Notes under the pieces: generated by a model
Told to the model about the DNA's origin: nothing
Databases searched by the model: none
The model's input: the letters and a program-made list of their open reading frames with translations, nothing else
Part shown: positions 44,006 through 53,793 of the stretch, one piece after another
Layout of the letters: the number at the start of each line of letters is the position of its first letter
Position numbering within the stretch: the first letter of the stretch is position 1
Assembly (NCBI GenBank): GCA_963733815.1
Contig: CAVTEG010000006.1
Span: 289,956 to 353,955 of the forward strand
Direction of reading: 5' to 3'
From: an uncultured Acidobacteriota bacterium
GTDB lineage: Bacteria > Acidobacteriota > Thermoanaerobaculia > UBA5066 > Gp7-AA6
DNA: 64,000 nucleotides
Program-made: the position numbers and the translations under genes

Positions 44006-45125
44006 CTACTCGGCACGCGCCGAGCCGCCCCCGGCGGCGGACTTCAGATACGCCTCGATGAAGGGCGTCAGGCCTCCGTCGAGGACACGATCGGTGTCTC
44101 CGGTCTCGTGCCCGGTGCGATGGTCCTTGACCATCCGGTAGGGATGCAGAACGTACGAGCGGATCTGGCTTCCCCACTCGATCGCTTTCTTCTCTCCGAC
44201 CCGCTTATCCTCCTCGGCTTTCCGCTCGTCGAGGGCGCGCTGGTAGAGGCGGGCCTTGAGCACGCGCATCGCCATCTCGCGGTTGCGCCCCTGGCTGCGC
44301 TCGTTCTGGCAGGTGACGACGATTCCCGTGGGCAGGTGGGTGATGCGGACCGCCGAGTCGGTGACGTTGACGTGCTGTCCGCCGGCGCCGCTGGAGCGGT
44401 AGGTGTCGACGCGGAGGTCCTTGTCCGCGATGTCGATCTCGATGTCCTCGTCGACCTCGGGAGCGACGAAGATGGACGCGAAAGACGTGTGCCGGCGCTG
44501 TGCCGAGTCGAAGGGAGAGATGCGGACCAGGCGATGGACGCCCATTTCGCTCTTCAGATACCCGTAGGCGTGGTCTCCGACGACGTGGAGCGTCGCGCTC
44601 TTCAACCCCGCCTCCTCCCCGTCCTGCCGGTCGATCAGCTCCGCCTTCCAGCCGCGCTGTTCCACGAAGCGCAGGTACATGCGCAGGAGTATCTCGGCCC
44701 AGTCCTGCGACTCGGTTCCCCCGGCCCCGGCGTGAATCGAGAGCCAGGCGTTGTTCGAATCCTCGGGCGCTCCCATCTTGACGGCCAGCTCCAGCTCGTC
44801 CGCGAACGCCTGCGCCGCCGCGAGCGACTCGCGCGCCTCCGTCTCGGCAGGCTCTCCCTCCCGAAGGAGCTCCTCGAGAGCCGACAGCTCTCCCCGCAGC
44901 GCGTCCAGCCGTTGCGCCGTCTCCAGCCGCTTCTCGAAGCCGCGGGTCTCGCGGAGGATGGCCTGGGCTTCCTCCGGGCGGGTCCAGAAGTCCGGTTCGG
45001 CGGTCTTTTCCCTCAGGCGGGAAAGCGCGCTGCGCGCCGCGTCGAGATCAAAGATAGCCCCGAAGCGCGGCGAGGCGCTCCGAGGCGGCGGCAAGCGAGG
45101 CCAGAAGATCGTCGCGTTCGGTCAT
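44006..45125 (-). CDS. prfB: Peptide chain release factor 2 (requires the programmed +1 frameshift at 45047-45053)
   Basis: ORF0 MTERDDLLASLAAASERLAALRGYL-stop, then DLDAARSALSRL... SPF and GGQ motifs (RISPFDS, SGAGGQHVN). Confidence 0.95.
45047..45064 (-). promoter_or_regulatory. prfB programmed +1 frameshift site (GGGGC-TAT-CTT-TGA-T)
   Basis: The minus strand reads CGGGGCTATCTTTGAT: an SD-like GGGG 3 nt before the slippery CTT followed by the in-frame TGA. Confidence 0.9.
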
Positions 45126-46648
45126 GGGGAGGTCTTGCTTTCCGCCCGCGGCGCCCCGCGCCGGAGCCGGAAGAGGCCGTAGAGTAGCACGACCCCGGCG
45201 GCGACGTCGGCGGCCGTCGGGAGCGCGTAGCCCCAGCGCGTCCAGACGGTTCGCTCCTCGACCAGCCGGACGTCTCCCGAAACGATCGTGCGTTGGTCGG
45301 CCGGCGACTCCTCGAGGATCCTCCCGCGCGCGTCCACGATGCCGGAGATCCCGGTGATCGCCGCGCGCATCAGGTACCGCGAGTTCTCGACCGACCGCAG
45401 CACCGCCCCGGCGAAGTGCTGCTCCTGAGCGCCGGCGCGGCCGTACCAGGAGTCGTTGGAGATCGTCGCCAGCAGGTTCGCTCCGTCCGCCACCTCCCGG
45501 CGCGCGAGCGAGGGGTACAGGATCTCGTAGCAGACGCCGACGCCGATCACGAAGGGTCCGCTCTTCAGCAGCGCCGGCTCGGACGCCGCGCTGAAGGCGC
45601 CGATTTCGCTGGAGATCTGACGCACGAAGAAGAAGATCTTCGGCAGGGGCACGTACTCTCCGAAGGGGACCAGATGCATCTTGCGGTAGGAGGGGTGCGC
45701 GACTCCCCGACTCGTCAGAAGTCGGGCGGAGTTGTAGTAGCGCCCGTCGGTGTCCTCCTCGACGTCGTTGAAGAGAACGGCGGAACCGCGCATCGCGATC
45801 GTCGAGAGATCCTGCCGGAGCTTCTCGCTTCTCTGCCAGTAGACCGGAAGCGCGGACTCGGGAAGAACGATCAGTGCCGGAAGGTTGTCGCCGGCCTCGT
45901 CCGCCTGCGCGAGCACGGACTGGTATGCGGCGACCGCTCCGGCGGAGCGACTTTCTTCCGTCAAGTTGGGCTGCAGGAGGGCGACCCGAAGCTCCTCGCT
46001 CGCGACGACGGGCCGCGAGATCCGCCACGCGCCGAAGACGCCGGCGCCCAGCACGAGCGCCATGGCGCCCGCCGCGGGGACGAGCGTCCGGGCCGCGATC
46101 GTCCGGGCCAGAAGCGCCGCGACCGCCGCGACGAGAGCTCCCACGCCGACGACTCCCCAGAGCGAGGCCGACTGCAGCCAGACGGGATGACGGAAAAGAG
46201 CGTGGCCGGTCAGGTTCCAGGGAAAGCCCTTGTAGAGCACGCAGCGGAGGTGCTCCGACGCGGCCCAGAAGAGCGGGAAGGACGCAAGCCGCCAGGGAGA
46301 CGTCGGCGGCGCGGAGGCCACGGTCGTCCAGGCGACGGCCGCGGGCCACTCCGCCAGGATCAGCGCCAGGAGAACCAGGCAGACGACTCCCATCGGTGCG
46401 CTCTGGCCGCCGTAGTGCGTGACGACGTAGACGATCCACGGAATAGACGCGCACCAGTAGACGAGGCCGAAGACGGCTCCGGAAACGAGGGCGCGCCACC
46501 GGCTCTCTTCCCGTGACAGGGCGACGAGCCACGGGATCAGCGCCAGGGGGAGGAGAACGACGGCGCCGTAGGGCGGGAAGGCCAGCGCGAACAGCAGCCC
46601 CGAGAAAGCCCCCGCGAGGACCGAACCCCAACTCCGGCCGCGCCGCAC
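45122..46648 (-). CDS. lnt: Apolipoprotein N-acyltransferase
   Basis: Multi-TM N-terminus plus a CN-hydrolase domain (LPESA..., VCYEILYP, SNDSWYG). Its stop overlaps the prfB ATG. Confidence 0.9.
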   Translation of the reverse strand: MRRGRSWGSVLAGAFSGLLFALAFPPYGAVVLLPLALIPWLVALSREESRWRALVSGAVFGLVYWCASIPWIVYVVTHYGGQSAPMGVVCLVLLALILAEWPAAVAWTTVASAPPTSPWRLASFPLFWAASEHLRCVLYKGFPWNLTGHALFRHPVWLQSASLWGVVGVGALVAAVAALLARTIAARTLVPAAGAMALVLGAGVFGAWRISRPVVASEELRVALLQPNLTEESRSAGAVAAYQSVLAQADEAGDNLPALIVLPESALPVYWQRSEKLRQDLSTIAMRGSAVLFNDVEEDTDGRYYNSARLLTSRGVAHPSYRKMHLVPFGEYVPLPKIFFFVRQISSEIGAFSAASEPALLKSGPFVIGVGVCYEILYPSLARREVADGANLLATISNDSWYGRAGAQEQHFAGAVLRSVENSRYLMRAAITGISGIVDARGRILEESPADQRTIVSGDVRLVEERTVWTRWGYALPTAADVAAGVVLLYGLFRLRRGAPRAESKTSP

Positions 46649-46656
46649 GTTTCGGG

Positions 46657-46680
46657 TCTTCGCCTCTTCGCCTCTTCGCC
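46657..46680. repeat. Perfect 3x tandem repeat of the 8-mer TCTTCGCC
   Basis: TCTTCGCC occurs at 46657-46664, 46665-46672 and 46673-46680, in the lipA-lnt spacer. Confidence 0.9.
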
Positions 46681-46681
46681 C

Positions 46682-47560
46682 CTAGGCCTCGCGCTCGGCC
46701 GCGGCGAGGGCTTCCTCGGCGCGGTAGGAGGAGCGGACGAAGGGTCCCGCGAAGACGTGGCGAAATCCGAGTTTCTCCCCCGCCTGACGGTGGCGCTCGA
46801 AGACGTCGGGATGGACGTACTCGACCACCGGCAGGTTCTCCGACGACGGGCGCAGGTACTGGCCGATCGTGACGATGTCCACGCCCGCTTCGCGCAGCGC
46901 CTCCAGCAGCGCCTGAACCTCCTCCTCGCGCTCTCCCAGCCCGAGCATGAAGCCCGACTTGGTCGTCTTCTCCGGTGCGATTCTCTTGGCCGCGGAAAGC
47001 AGACCGAGCGAGCGCTCCAGCCGCGCGCCGCGGCGGACCTCCCGGTAGAGACGGGGAACCGTCTCGACGTTGTGATTGAAGACGTCGGGCCCCGCCGCGA
47101 GCACGGTCTCGAGCGATTCGAGGCGGCCGAGAAAGTCCGGCGTCAGGACTTCCACGCCGGGAACCGGTTCGAGCGTGCGAACCGCCCGGATCGTATCGGC
47201 GAAGTGGGCCGCTCCTCCGTCGGGCAGATCGTCCCGATCGACGGACGTAAGGACGACGAAGGAAAGCCCCATCCGCTCCACGGCCGAGCGCACGCGCCAG
47301 GGCTCTCCGGGATCGACCGGCCGGGGCTTCCCGTTGGCGATGTCGCAGAATCCGCACGCGCGCGTGCAGACGTCGCCGAGGAGAAGAAACGTTGCCGTGC
47401 CGCGCGCGAAACACTCGCCGCGGTTGGGGCAACGCGCCTCCTCGCAGACGGTGTGGAGGGCGTTCTCGCGCATGACGGTCTTGATCTCGTGCAGATCCGC
47501 GAGCCGGAGCTTGCGCTCCCGGATCCACTCGGGCGCTCGGACCGGCAGCGAGGCGCTCAC
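46682..47560 (-). CDS. lipA: Lipoyl synthase
   Basis: The GTG at 47560 overlaps the upstream stop. CEEARCPNRGEC and CTRACGFC cluster motifs. 292 aa. Confidence 0.93.
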   Translation of the reverse strand: MSASLPVRAPEWIRERKLRLADLHEIKTVMRENALHTVCEEARCPNRGECFARGTATFLLLGDVCTRACGFCDIANGKPRPVDPGEPWRVRSAVERMGLSFVVLTSVDRDDLPDGGAAHFADTIRAVRTLEPVPGVEVLTPDFLGRLESLETVLAAGPDVFNHNVETVPRLYREVRRGARLERSLGLLSAAKRIAPEKTTKSGFMLGLGEREEEVQALLEALREAGVDIVTIGQYLRPSSENLPVVEYVHPDVFERHRQAGEKLGFRHVFAGPFVRSSYRAEEALAAAEREA

Positions 47561-48228
47561 TTGCCCTCGGGCACGACCCATGGACCCTTGAGCTTCTCCT
47601 GCTTCGCCAGGCGCGTGGCCGCCTGCTGGGCTTCGGGCTCCGAGGCGTAAGGGCCCACGCGGATCCGGTAGACGCGGCCCTTCCCGTGAGCAGCGTCGGC
47701 CGAAAGGATCTGGACGTGAAATCCATGGCGCGACAGGCGCGTCTGAAGAGAGCCCGCCTCCTCGCGAGACGTGAGCGAGGCGACCTGCACCCAGTACTTG
47801 CCGGCGCTCGAGACGGCCGTGCGCTCGGAGGCCGAAGGCGCGCGGACGACGGCGGCCGGAGCCTGCTCCGTTGCGGCCGGCTCGTCGGCCGGCCGGTCCT
47901 CGAAAGGCTGAAGCGTGGCCGGGACCGTGGGCGCGGACGCCGGCGTGGGCAACGAGGGGACGGGCGCCAGTACGGTATGGGAGGGACCCCGGAACACCAC
48001 CGTCGGAACCGCCGTCTCGGCCCGCGGCATCGGCTCCGGCGTCTCGGCTTGCGGCGCCGTGAGCGACGCGACCGTCTCCGTGTCCCGGGGCGATGGCGAT
48101 CGGCCGGCGAGCCCGGCCTGGAGACCGAAGAAGAACGCGACGGCCAGAACGACCAGGAGAGCGGCGAACAGGCCCAGGGCCTGCCGCGCGGTGAGGGAGA
48201 TCTGGTAATGCGTTCGCGGGGCGTCCAC
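47557..48228 (-). CDS. SPOR-domain protein (TM anchor, Pro-rich linker)
   Basis: TM LGLFAALLVVLAVAFFFGL. C-terminal YWVQVASLTSREEA...YRIRVGPYASEPEA. Confidence 0.8.
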   Translation of the reverse strand: MDAPRTHYQISLTARQALGLFAALLVVLAVAFFFGLQAGLAGRSPSPRDTETVASLTAPQAETPEPMPRAETAVPTVVFRGPSHTVLAPVPSLPTPASAPTVPATLQPFEDRPADEPAATEQAPAAVVRAPSASERTAVSSAGKYWVQVASLTSREEAGSLQTRLSRHGFHVQILSADAAHGKGRVYRIRVGPYASEPEAQQAATRLAKQEKLKGPWVVPEGK

Positions 48229-48261
48229 TCAGGCCGCAGTTTAGCCGGTTCGCGCGGCCGC

Positions 48262-49029
48262 CTACTCCGACTTCTTTCCGAGAAATGAGGAGATGAGATC
48301 GATCGGAAGCGGAAACACGATGGTGGAGTTCTTCTCGTTGGCGATCTCGGTCAACGTCTGCAGGTATCGCAGCTGCAGCGTCGCAGGCTGCTTGTCGATG
48401 ATCTTGGCTGCCTCCGAAAGCTGCGCGGCCGCCTGGAACTCGCCTTCGGCGTGGATGATCTTGGCGCGCTTCTCGCGCTCGGCCTCGGCCTGCTTGGCCA
48501 TGGCGCGCTGCATCTCGGGCGGGAGATCGACCTGCTTGACCTCCACGAGGGAGACCTTGATGCCCCAGGGCTGCGTGTGCTCGTCGATGACCTTCTGCAG
48601 ATCCAGGTTCAGCTTCTCGCGCTCCGAGAGGAGCTCGTCGAGAAGGGCCTGGCCGAGGATGCTTCGCAGGGTTGTCTGCGCGAGCTGGGAGGTTGCGTAG
48701 AGGTAGTTCTCGACCTGGACGACCGCCTTCTGGGGGTCCACGACGCGGAAATAGACGACCGCGTTGACCTTCACGGAGACGTTGTCCTTCGTGATGATGT
48801 CCTGGGAAGGTACGTCGTGCACGACCGTCCGCAGCGAGATGCGGACCATGCGCTCGAACGGCCAGAAGATCAGCACGAGGCCGGGCCCTTTGGGTTGCTT
48901 TCCGAGCCGGCCCAGCCAGAAGGTCACGGCGCGCTCGTACTCGTTCAAGACGTTGATCCACTTGAACACAAACAGCAAAAGGATGAAGGCCGCTACGACC
49001 AGTCCCGGAAACGACACAACTCCGCTCAT
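48262..49029 (-). CDS. SPFH/band-7 (stomatin-like, slipin) protein
   Basis: [13 protein letters not shown]...[17 protein letters not shown]...[15 protein letters not shown]...[12 protein letters not shown]. Confidence 0.9.
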   Translation of the reverse strand: MSGVVSFPGLVVAAFILLLFVFKWINVLNEYERAVTFWLGRLGKQPKGPGLVLIFWPFERMVRISLRTVVHDVPSQDIITKDNVSVKVNAVVYFRVVDPQKAVVQVENYLYATSQLAQTTLRSILGQALLDELLSEREKLNLDLQKVIDEHTQPWGIKVSLVEVKQVDLPPEMQRAMAKQAEAEREKRAKIIHAEGEFQAAAQLSEAAKIIDKQPATLQLRYLQTLTEIANEKNSTIVFPLPIDLISSFLGKKSE

Positions 49030-50324
49030 CCGCTCCTCCGTTCGACGTGCAGGACTCCGTCTCGAACACGCGTGACACGCGCCGCCTCGCCCGGCGCGAG
49101 ATCCGCGGGCCCCTCGGCTTCCCAGTACTCCCCGATCACGTGGACGCGGCCGCGATTGCGTCCCGAGAAGCCGTCCACGACCCGGGCGGCCGCGCCGACC
49201 ATCCCCTCGACTCCGGTCCGGGCGGGTAGCCGGCGCAGCTGGAGTGTCCGTCTCGCCAGGAGCGCGACCACCGCGACGGTTACGGCGAGTCCCGGCAGGA
49301 TGATCCCGAGGTCCACGCGGTAGCCGGCCCGGTCGCCCTTCCCCGAGAAGAGCATCAAGAACCCGGCCACGAGGGCGATCGCGCCGCCCAGCGTCAGAAG
49401 GCCGTGGCTGACGACCTTGATCTCGGCGACGAAGAGAAGGATCGCGAACAGGATCAACGCGACGCCGGCGAGGTTCACCGGCAGAACCGAGAAGGCGTAG
49501 AAGGCCAGCAGCAGGCAGATCCCTCCGACGATGCCGGGGAGGATCGCGCCCGGCGTGGACAGCTCGAAGTAGAGGCCGGCGAGCCCGAGGAGAAAGAGAA
49601 GCGCGGCGACGTTGGGGTGCGACACGATCCCGAGCGCCCGCTCCAGCCGTCCCATCGGCCGCTCCTCGATGCGATATCCCTTCAGCGCGAGGGTGGCCTG
49701 GCCCCCTCCGACCCGGCTGATCTTCCGGCCGTCGAGCTGTCCGAGAAGGTCCGGCAGGTCCCGCGCCACGATCTCGATCAGGCCGCCGTCCTTCGCCTCC
49801 GTCTCGGTGTAGGACGCGCTCTTCTCGACCGCCGCTTCCGCCTTCGCGACGTTGCGTCCGCGCTTCTCGGCGAGCGTCCGGGCAAACGCGCGCGCATCCT
49901 GCTCGGCCTTCTCGTTGAGCTTTTTGGGGAGATCCTGGCCCTCGCCTCCGACGGGATGCGCGGCGCCGGTGTTCGTCCCGGGAGCCATCGCCGCGACATC
50001 GCTCGAGAGGAGAAGGAGGAATCCCGCCGATGCGGCCTGCGCTCCGGCCGGCGCGACGTACATCGCGACGGGCACCTTCGACTGCAGGATCTCCGACGTC
50101 ATCTCGCGCGTCGAGCTCAGCAAGCCGCCCGGCGTGGAGAGCGTGAACACGACCAGGGAAGCGTGATCCTCCTCGGCCTGCGTCAGGACCTTGCGGAGAT
50201 AGTCGGCGGCCGCCGGGTGAATCGGAGTATCGATGCGGCCGACCACGACGAGCGGCGCGGTCTCGGAGGCGACCGCTAGGGAGGTGAGGAGGAGTGAGGC
50301 CGCAAGCAACGCCCGCGTTCTCAT
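49026..50324 (-). CDS. NfeD-family membrane-bound ClpP-class serine protease
   Basis: Signal peptide, ClpP-like domain (TPGGLL..., AASAGF), TM block and a C-terminal NfeD OB domain. Its stop overlaps the SPFH ATG. Confidence 0.87.
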   Translation of the reverse strand: MRTRALLAASLLLTSLAVASETAPLVVVGRIDTPIHPAAADYLRKVLTQAEEDHASLVVFTLSTPGGLLSSTREMTSEILQSKVPVAMYVAPAGAQAASAGFLLLLSSDVAAMAPGTNTGAAHPVGGEGQDLPKKLNEKAEQDARAFARTLAEKRGRNVAKAEAAVEKSASYTETEAKDGGLIEIVARDLPDLLGQLDGRKISRVGGGQATLALKGYRIEERPMGRLERALGIVSHPNVAALLFLLGLAGLYFELSTPGAILPGIVGGICLLLAFYAFSVLPVNLAGVALILFAILLFVAEIKVVSHGLLTLGGAIALVAGFLMLFSGKGDRAGYRVDLGIILPGLAVTVAVVALLARRTLQLRRLPARTGVEGMVGAAARVVDGFSGRNRGRVHVIGEYWEAEGPADLAPGEAARVTRVRDGVLHVERRSG

Positions 50325-50372
50325 CGCCGTCGAGTCTATCGCACGCCGTCCGGGCCCGGAGCCGGGTTATAA

Positions 50373-51263
50373 ATGCGCGTGCGCATCCGGCCCACCGAAG
50401 CCGTTCACGCAGTGGCGCTCATGGTGCTGACAGCTCTGACCGTCGTGTTGCGCCACCGCCTCGCGAACCCCGACGGATTGCTGCTCGTCTACCTCATCCT
50501 CGCGGGCGTGCTGCTCCTCGTCGCCTGGCTCGCGCCGAAGGAGGACCGGCTGCCCGCGCCGCTCGATTTCATCCTCGATTTCTACCCGGCGGTCTTCCTC
50601 CCGGTGCTCTTCAACATGCTCGAGCCTCTGATCGCGGCCCTCCGGGGGGGGGCCCGGGACGACCTGCTGATCGCGATCGACCGGGCCCTGTTCGGCGTCG
50701 ACGTGACGGTCTGGATGCAGCGCTTCGCGCGCCCCCTCGTCACCGACATCCTCTACATGTTCTACGCGAGCTACTACTTCCTGGCGCTGACGCTGGCCCT
50801 GATCCTGTGGCTTCGAGACCGGCCGACGGCGCGGCGGTTCGTCTTCACGCTGATGGTCGTCTATTACGTTTCCTACATCGGTTACTTCATCGTCCCGGCG
50901 CTGGGGCCGCGCTTCGCGCAGGCCAACCTCTACACCGTGTCGTTGACGGAAACGCCGATCTCGCGTTTCATCAACGACACGATCAACAGCCTCGAGAAGA
51001 CCAAATTCGACGTGTTCCCGTCGGGGCACACGATGGTCTCGGTCACGGTCCTGCTCGTCGCCTGGAAGCGGGCGCGCGACGTCTTCTGGTGGCTCCTTCC
51101 GATCGCGACCGGACTGATCATCTCGACGGTCTACTGCCGCTTCCACTACGTGATCGACGTGATCGCCGGCGCCTCGCTCGCCGTCGTGACGGTTCCGTTG
51201 GGAGACTGGATCTACGACCGATGGACCGCGCGGCAGGCCGCGCAACAGGAGGCGCGCGCCTAG
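50373..51263 (+). CDS. PAP2-superfamily integral membrane phosphatase/phosphotransferase
   Basis: Six or more TM helices. FPSGHT...[12 protein letters not shown] (PAP2 C2/C3-type motifs SGH and HxxxD). Confidence 0.75.
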   Translation: MRVRIRPTEAVHAVALMVLTALTVVLRHRLANPDGLLLVYLILAGVLLLVAWLAPKEDRLPAPLDFILDFYPAVFLPVLFNMLEPLIAALRGGARDDLLIAIDRALFGVDVTVWMQRFARPLVTDILYMFYASYYFLALTLALILWLRDRPTARRFVFTLMVVYYVSYIGYFIVPALGPRFAQANLYTVSLTETPISRFINDTINSLEKTKFDVFPSGHTMVSVTVLLVAWKRARDVFWWLLPIATGLIISTVYCRFHYVIDVIAGASLAVVTVPLGDWIYDRWTARQAAQQEARA

Positions 51264-52432
51264 ATCGCTTTCTCGTAGATCCGGTAGGTCTTGTAGAGCT
51301 TTCCGCCCCATAAACGCACGGCCCCGATGACGAGCTCGTTGTCCTCGAGGAGCCAGGAGACCTCGGCCCCCGTGTAGCCCAGCTTCAGCAGGAAGCGCAG
51401 GGAGTCGGCCATCATGATCGACTGGACGCCGCTCATGCGGTGGGTCCGTTTGATCCCCAGGGCCAGGACGCGGACGGTCTTAATGCGCCGCTGCGCGAGG
51501 AGGAACTTGAGCCAGCCGAAGGGCAGCAGCCGCCCCTTCGTCGGGGCGATCGCGACGTTGTAATCGGGCAGCATCAACATGAAGGCGATCGGCTCGAGCG
51601 TGCCGTCCGGCCGGGGCGCTTCCGCCAGCCAGACGAGCTTTTCCTGGAGGAGGGGCTTCAAGCGCTTGGCCATGAAGTCCATCTCTTCCGGAGTCATCGG
51701 GACGAAGCCCCAGTTCTTCTCCCAGGCCTCGTTGTAGACCTCCCGGATTCTCGGCAGGTCCTTCGCGAGACCCCCCTTCGAGACGTTGCGCACCACGACA
51801 TGGCTCTCGCGCTTGCGGAAACGGTCCGCCACACGCGACAGGCGCTCGAGGGGTTTTTCCTCGAGAGGGAACCAGAAGGCCAGGAGGTCCTTCGCCTTGT
51901 GAAAACCCTGGCCTTCGATCAGCCTCGCGTAGGAACGCGGGTTGTAGGTCATCATCAAAACGGGCGGTGAATCGAACCCGTCAACGAGAAGGCCGACCTC
52001 GTCATTCAAGGTCGGATTGACGGGGCCGCGCAGGACTGCCATCTTGCGCTCGCGTCCCCAGAGCGTCGCCGCGTCGAGCAGTTTCCCGGCGACCGTGGGA
52101 TCCTCGACCGACTCGAAGAAGCCGAAAAAGGCCGCCTTCTCGCTCTGGAACTCGTTGTGATTGCGGTCCAGGATCGCGGCGATTCGGCCGACGTCCTCGC
52201 CGCCCCGCGTCGCGACGAAGAGCTGAATCTCGCCATGGCGGAAGAACGGGTTCTCGTCCTGGAACACCTTGGCGAGATCGTCTCGCAGCGGCGCGACCCA
52301 GTTCGGGTCGCGGGCATAGATGCGGTCGGCAACGTCGAAGAAGCGAGACAGGTCGGCCTTCGTGCGGCCGATTCTCTGGACCACCACGCTCGCGGCCGCG
52401 CCCGCGGCTCCCTGGCCGCCTTCGGCGTTCAC
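51260..52432 (-). CDS. GNAT-like acyl-CoA N-acyltransferase family protein (about 390 aa, uncharacterised)
   Basis: ..FFGFFESVEDP..LRGPVNPTLNDEVGLLVDGFDSPPVLMMTYNPRSYARLIEGQGF.. 13 nt downstream of the Spt-like gene. Confidence 0.65.
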   Translation of the reverse strand: MNAEGGQGAAGAAASVVVQRIGRTKADLSRFFDVADRIYARDPNWVAPLRDDLAKVFQDENPFFRHGEIQLFVATRGGEDVGRIAAILDRNHNEFQSEKAAFFGFFESVEDPTVAGKLLDAATLWGRERKMAVLRGPVNPTLNDEVGLLVDGFDSPPVLMMTYNPRSYARLIEGQGFHKAKDLLAFWFPLEEKPLERLSRVADRFRKRESHVVVRNVSKGGLAKDLPRIREVYNEAWEKNWGFVPMTPEEMDFMAKRLKPLLQEKLVWLAEAPRPDGTLEPIAFMLMLPDYNVAIAPTKGRLLPFGWLKFLLAQRRIKTVRVLALGIKRTHRMSGVQSIMMADSLRFLLKLGYTGAEVSWLLEDNELVIGAVRLWGGKLYKTYRIYEKAI

Positions 52433-52445
52433 CGGCGTGGCAGGC

Positions 52446-53687
52446 TCAGACGTGGGCCGTGCGGACGAGCCCGACTTCGCGGCCGATCTTCTCGAAAGCG
52501 TCGAGCACGCGCGCGAGCTGTTCCCGCGTGTGCGTCGCCATCAGTGAGGTGCGGATCAGCGCCCGGCCGGGCGGGGTGGCGGGAGAAAGAACGCAGTTGA
52601 CGAAGACGCCCTCCTCCTGGAGGCGGTGCACCATGCGCAGAGCGATCAGATCCTCGCCCACGACCACCGGTACGACCGGAGTGCGGGACTCGCCGGTATC
52701 GAACCCCAGCGACCGCAGGCCATCGGCGAAGAACCGGGTGTTTTCCCAGAGGCGCTCGCGCCGCTCGGGTTCGCGCTCCATGACTTCGATCGTCGCCAGC
52801 GCCGCGGCTGTCGAAGCCGGCGGGGGCGCGGCCGAGAAGACCAGTGTCCGCGCGCGGTGCTTGATGTAGTCGATCACGGTGGCGTTGCCGGCGATGAACC
52901 CGCCGACCGAGGCCATCGACTTCGAGAACGTCCCCATGATCAGGTCGACGTCGTGCTCGAGGCCGAAGTGCTCGGCCGTGCCGCGTCCGGTCTTGCCCAG
53001 AACGCCGATCCCATGGGCGTCGTCCACCATCACGCCCGCCGAGAACTCCCGCGCCGCAGCGACGATCTCGGGCAGAGGAGCGATGTCGCCTTCCATCGAG
53101 AACACGCCGTCGACGACCACGAGGCGGCCCTTGGCCTCCGCGTCGTTGCGCATCTGGCGTCGAAGGTCGTTCGGATCGTTGTGCTTGAACTTTTTGACGT
53201 CGCCGAAGGACAACCGTGCGCCGTCGATGATGCACGCGTGGTCCTGCTTGTCGAGGTAGACGGTGTCCCCTTTTCCGACCAGGCACGCGATGGCGCCGAG
53301 GTTGACCTGAAAGCCGGTCGAGAACGTGACGGCGGCTTCCTGGCGCATGAACTCGGCCAGGCGCTGTTCCAGTCTCACGTGGAGATCCAGGGTTCCGTTC
53401 AGAAAACGACTTCCCGCGCAGCCCGATCCGTATTTCCGGATCGCGTCGATCGCCGCTTCCTTGACGCGGGGGTCGTTGGTCAGTCCGAGGTAGTTGTTGG
53501 AGCCGAGCATCACGAGGCGGCGGCCGCCCAGCACGACTTCGGGGTCCTGTGCCGACTCGATCACGCGGAAGAACGAGTAGTACCCGGTCTCGCGAACGCG
53601 CGCCGCCTCCTGGTAGCGGTGGCACTTCTCGAAGACCGGAGCAGTCCCCACCATGTCGTCCCTTGTAAGCCGGGCGACCTTGCTCAT
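52446..53687 (-). CDS. Alpha-oxoamine synthase (PLP), serine palmitoyltransferase-like
   Basis: GSNNYLGL, DDAHGIG, GTFSKSMASVGG (PLP Lys), and VNCVLSPATPPGRALIRTS. PATP-G resembles characterised bacterial Spt rather than the BioF/Kbl P(T/V)VP. Confidence 0.85.
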   Translation of the reverse strand: MSKVARLTRDDMVGTAPVFEKCHRYQEAARVRETGYYSFFRVIESAQDPEVVLGGRRLVMLGSNNYLGLTNDPRVKEAAIDAIRKYGSGCAGSRFLNGTLDLHVRLEQRLAEFMRQEAAVTFSTGFQVNLGAIACLVGKGDTVYLDKQDHACIIDGARLSFGDVKKFKHNDPNDLRRQMRNDAEAKGRLVVVDGVFSMEGDIAPLPEIVAAAREFSAGVMVDDAHGIGVLGKTGRGTAEHFGLEHDVDLIMGTFSKSMASVGGFIAGNATVIDYIKHRARTLVFSAAPPPASTAAALATIEVMEREPERRERLWENTRFFADGLRSLGFDTGESRTPVVPVVVGEDLIALRMVHRLQEEGVFVNCVLSPATPPGRALIRTSLMATHTREQLARVLDAFEKIGREVGLVRTAHV

Positions 53688-53700
53688 CGCGTTTCCCCCA

Positions 53701-53793
53701 CCTGAAAATTGCCGGACTGGCGTCGAGATCTTAGCAAATTTTACAAACTCGCGCCCTGGGGGGTAAAGCGTCCCTGATGGCCTATTTTTCAGG
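53701..53793 (-). promoter_or_regulatory. AT-rich island with flanking inverted repeat upstream of the Spt-like gene
   Basis: CCTGAAAAT (53701-53709) matches the reverse complement of ATTTTCAGG (53785-53793). It encloses TTAGCAAATTTTACAAACTC, a clear AT-rich patch in a GC-rich genome. Confidence 0.3.

Noticed and set aside
48262-50324. SPFH/NfeD pair as a novel system
   Set aside because: This is a well-known conserved operon partnership with an ATGA overlap; nothing unusual was seen.
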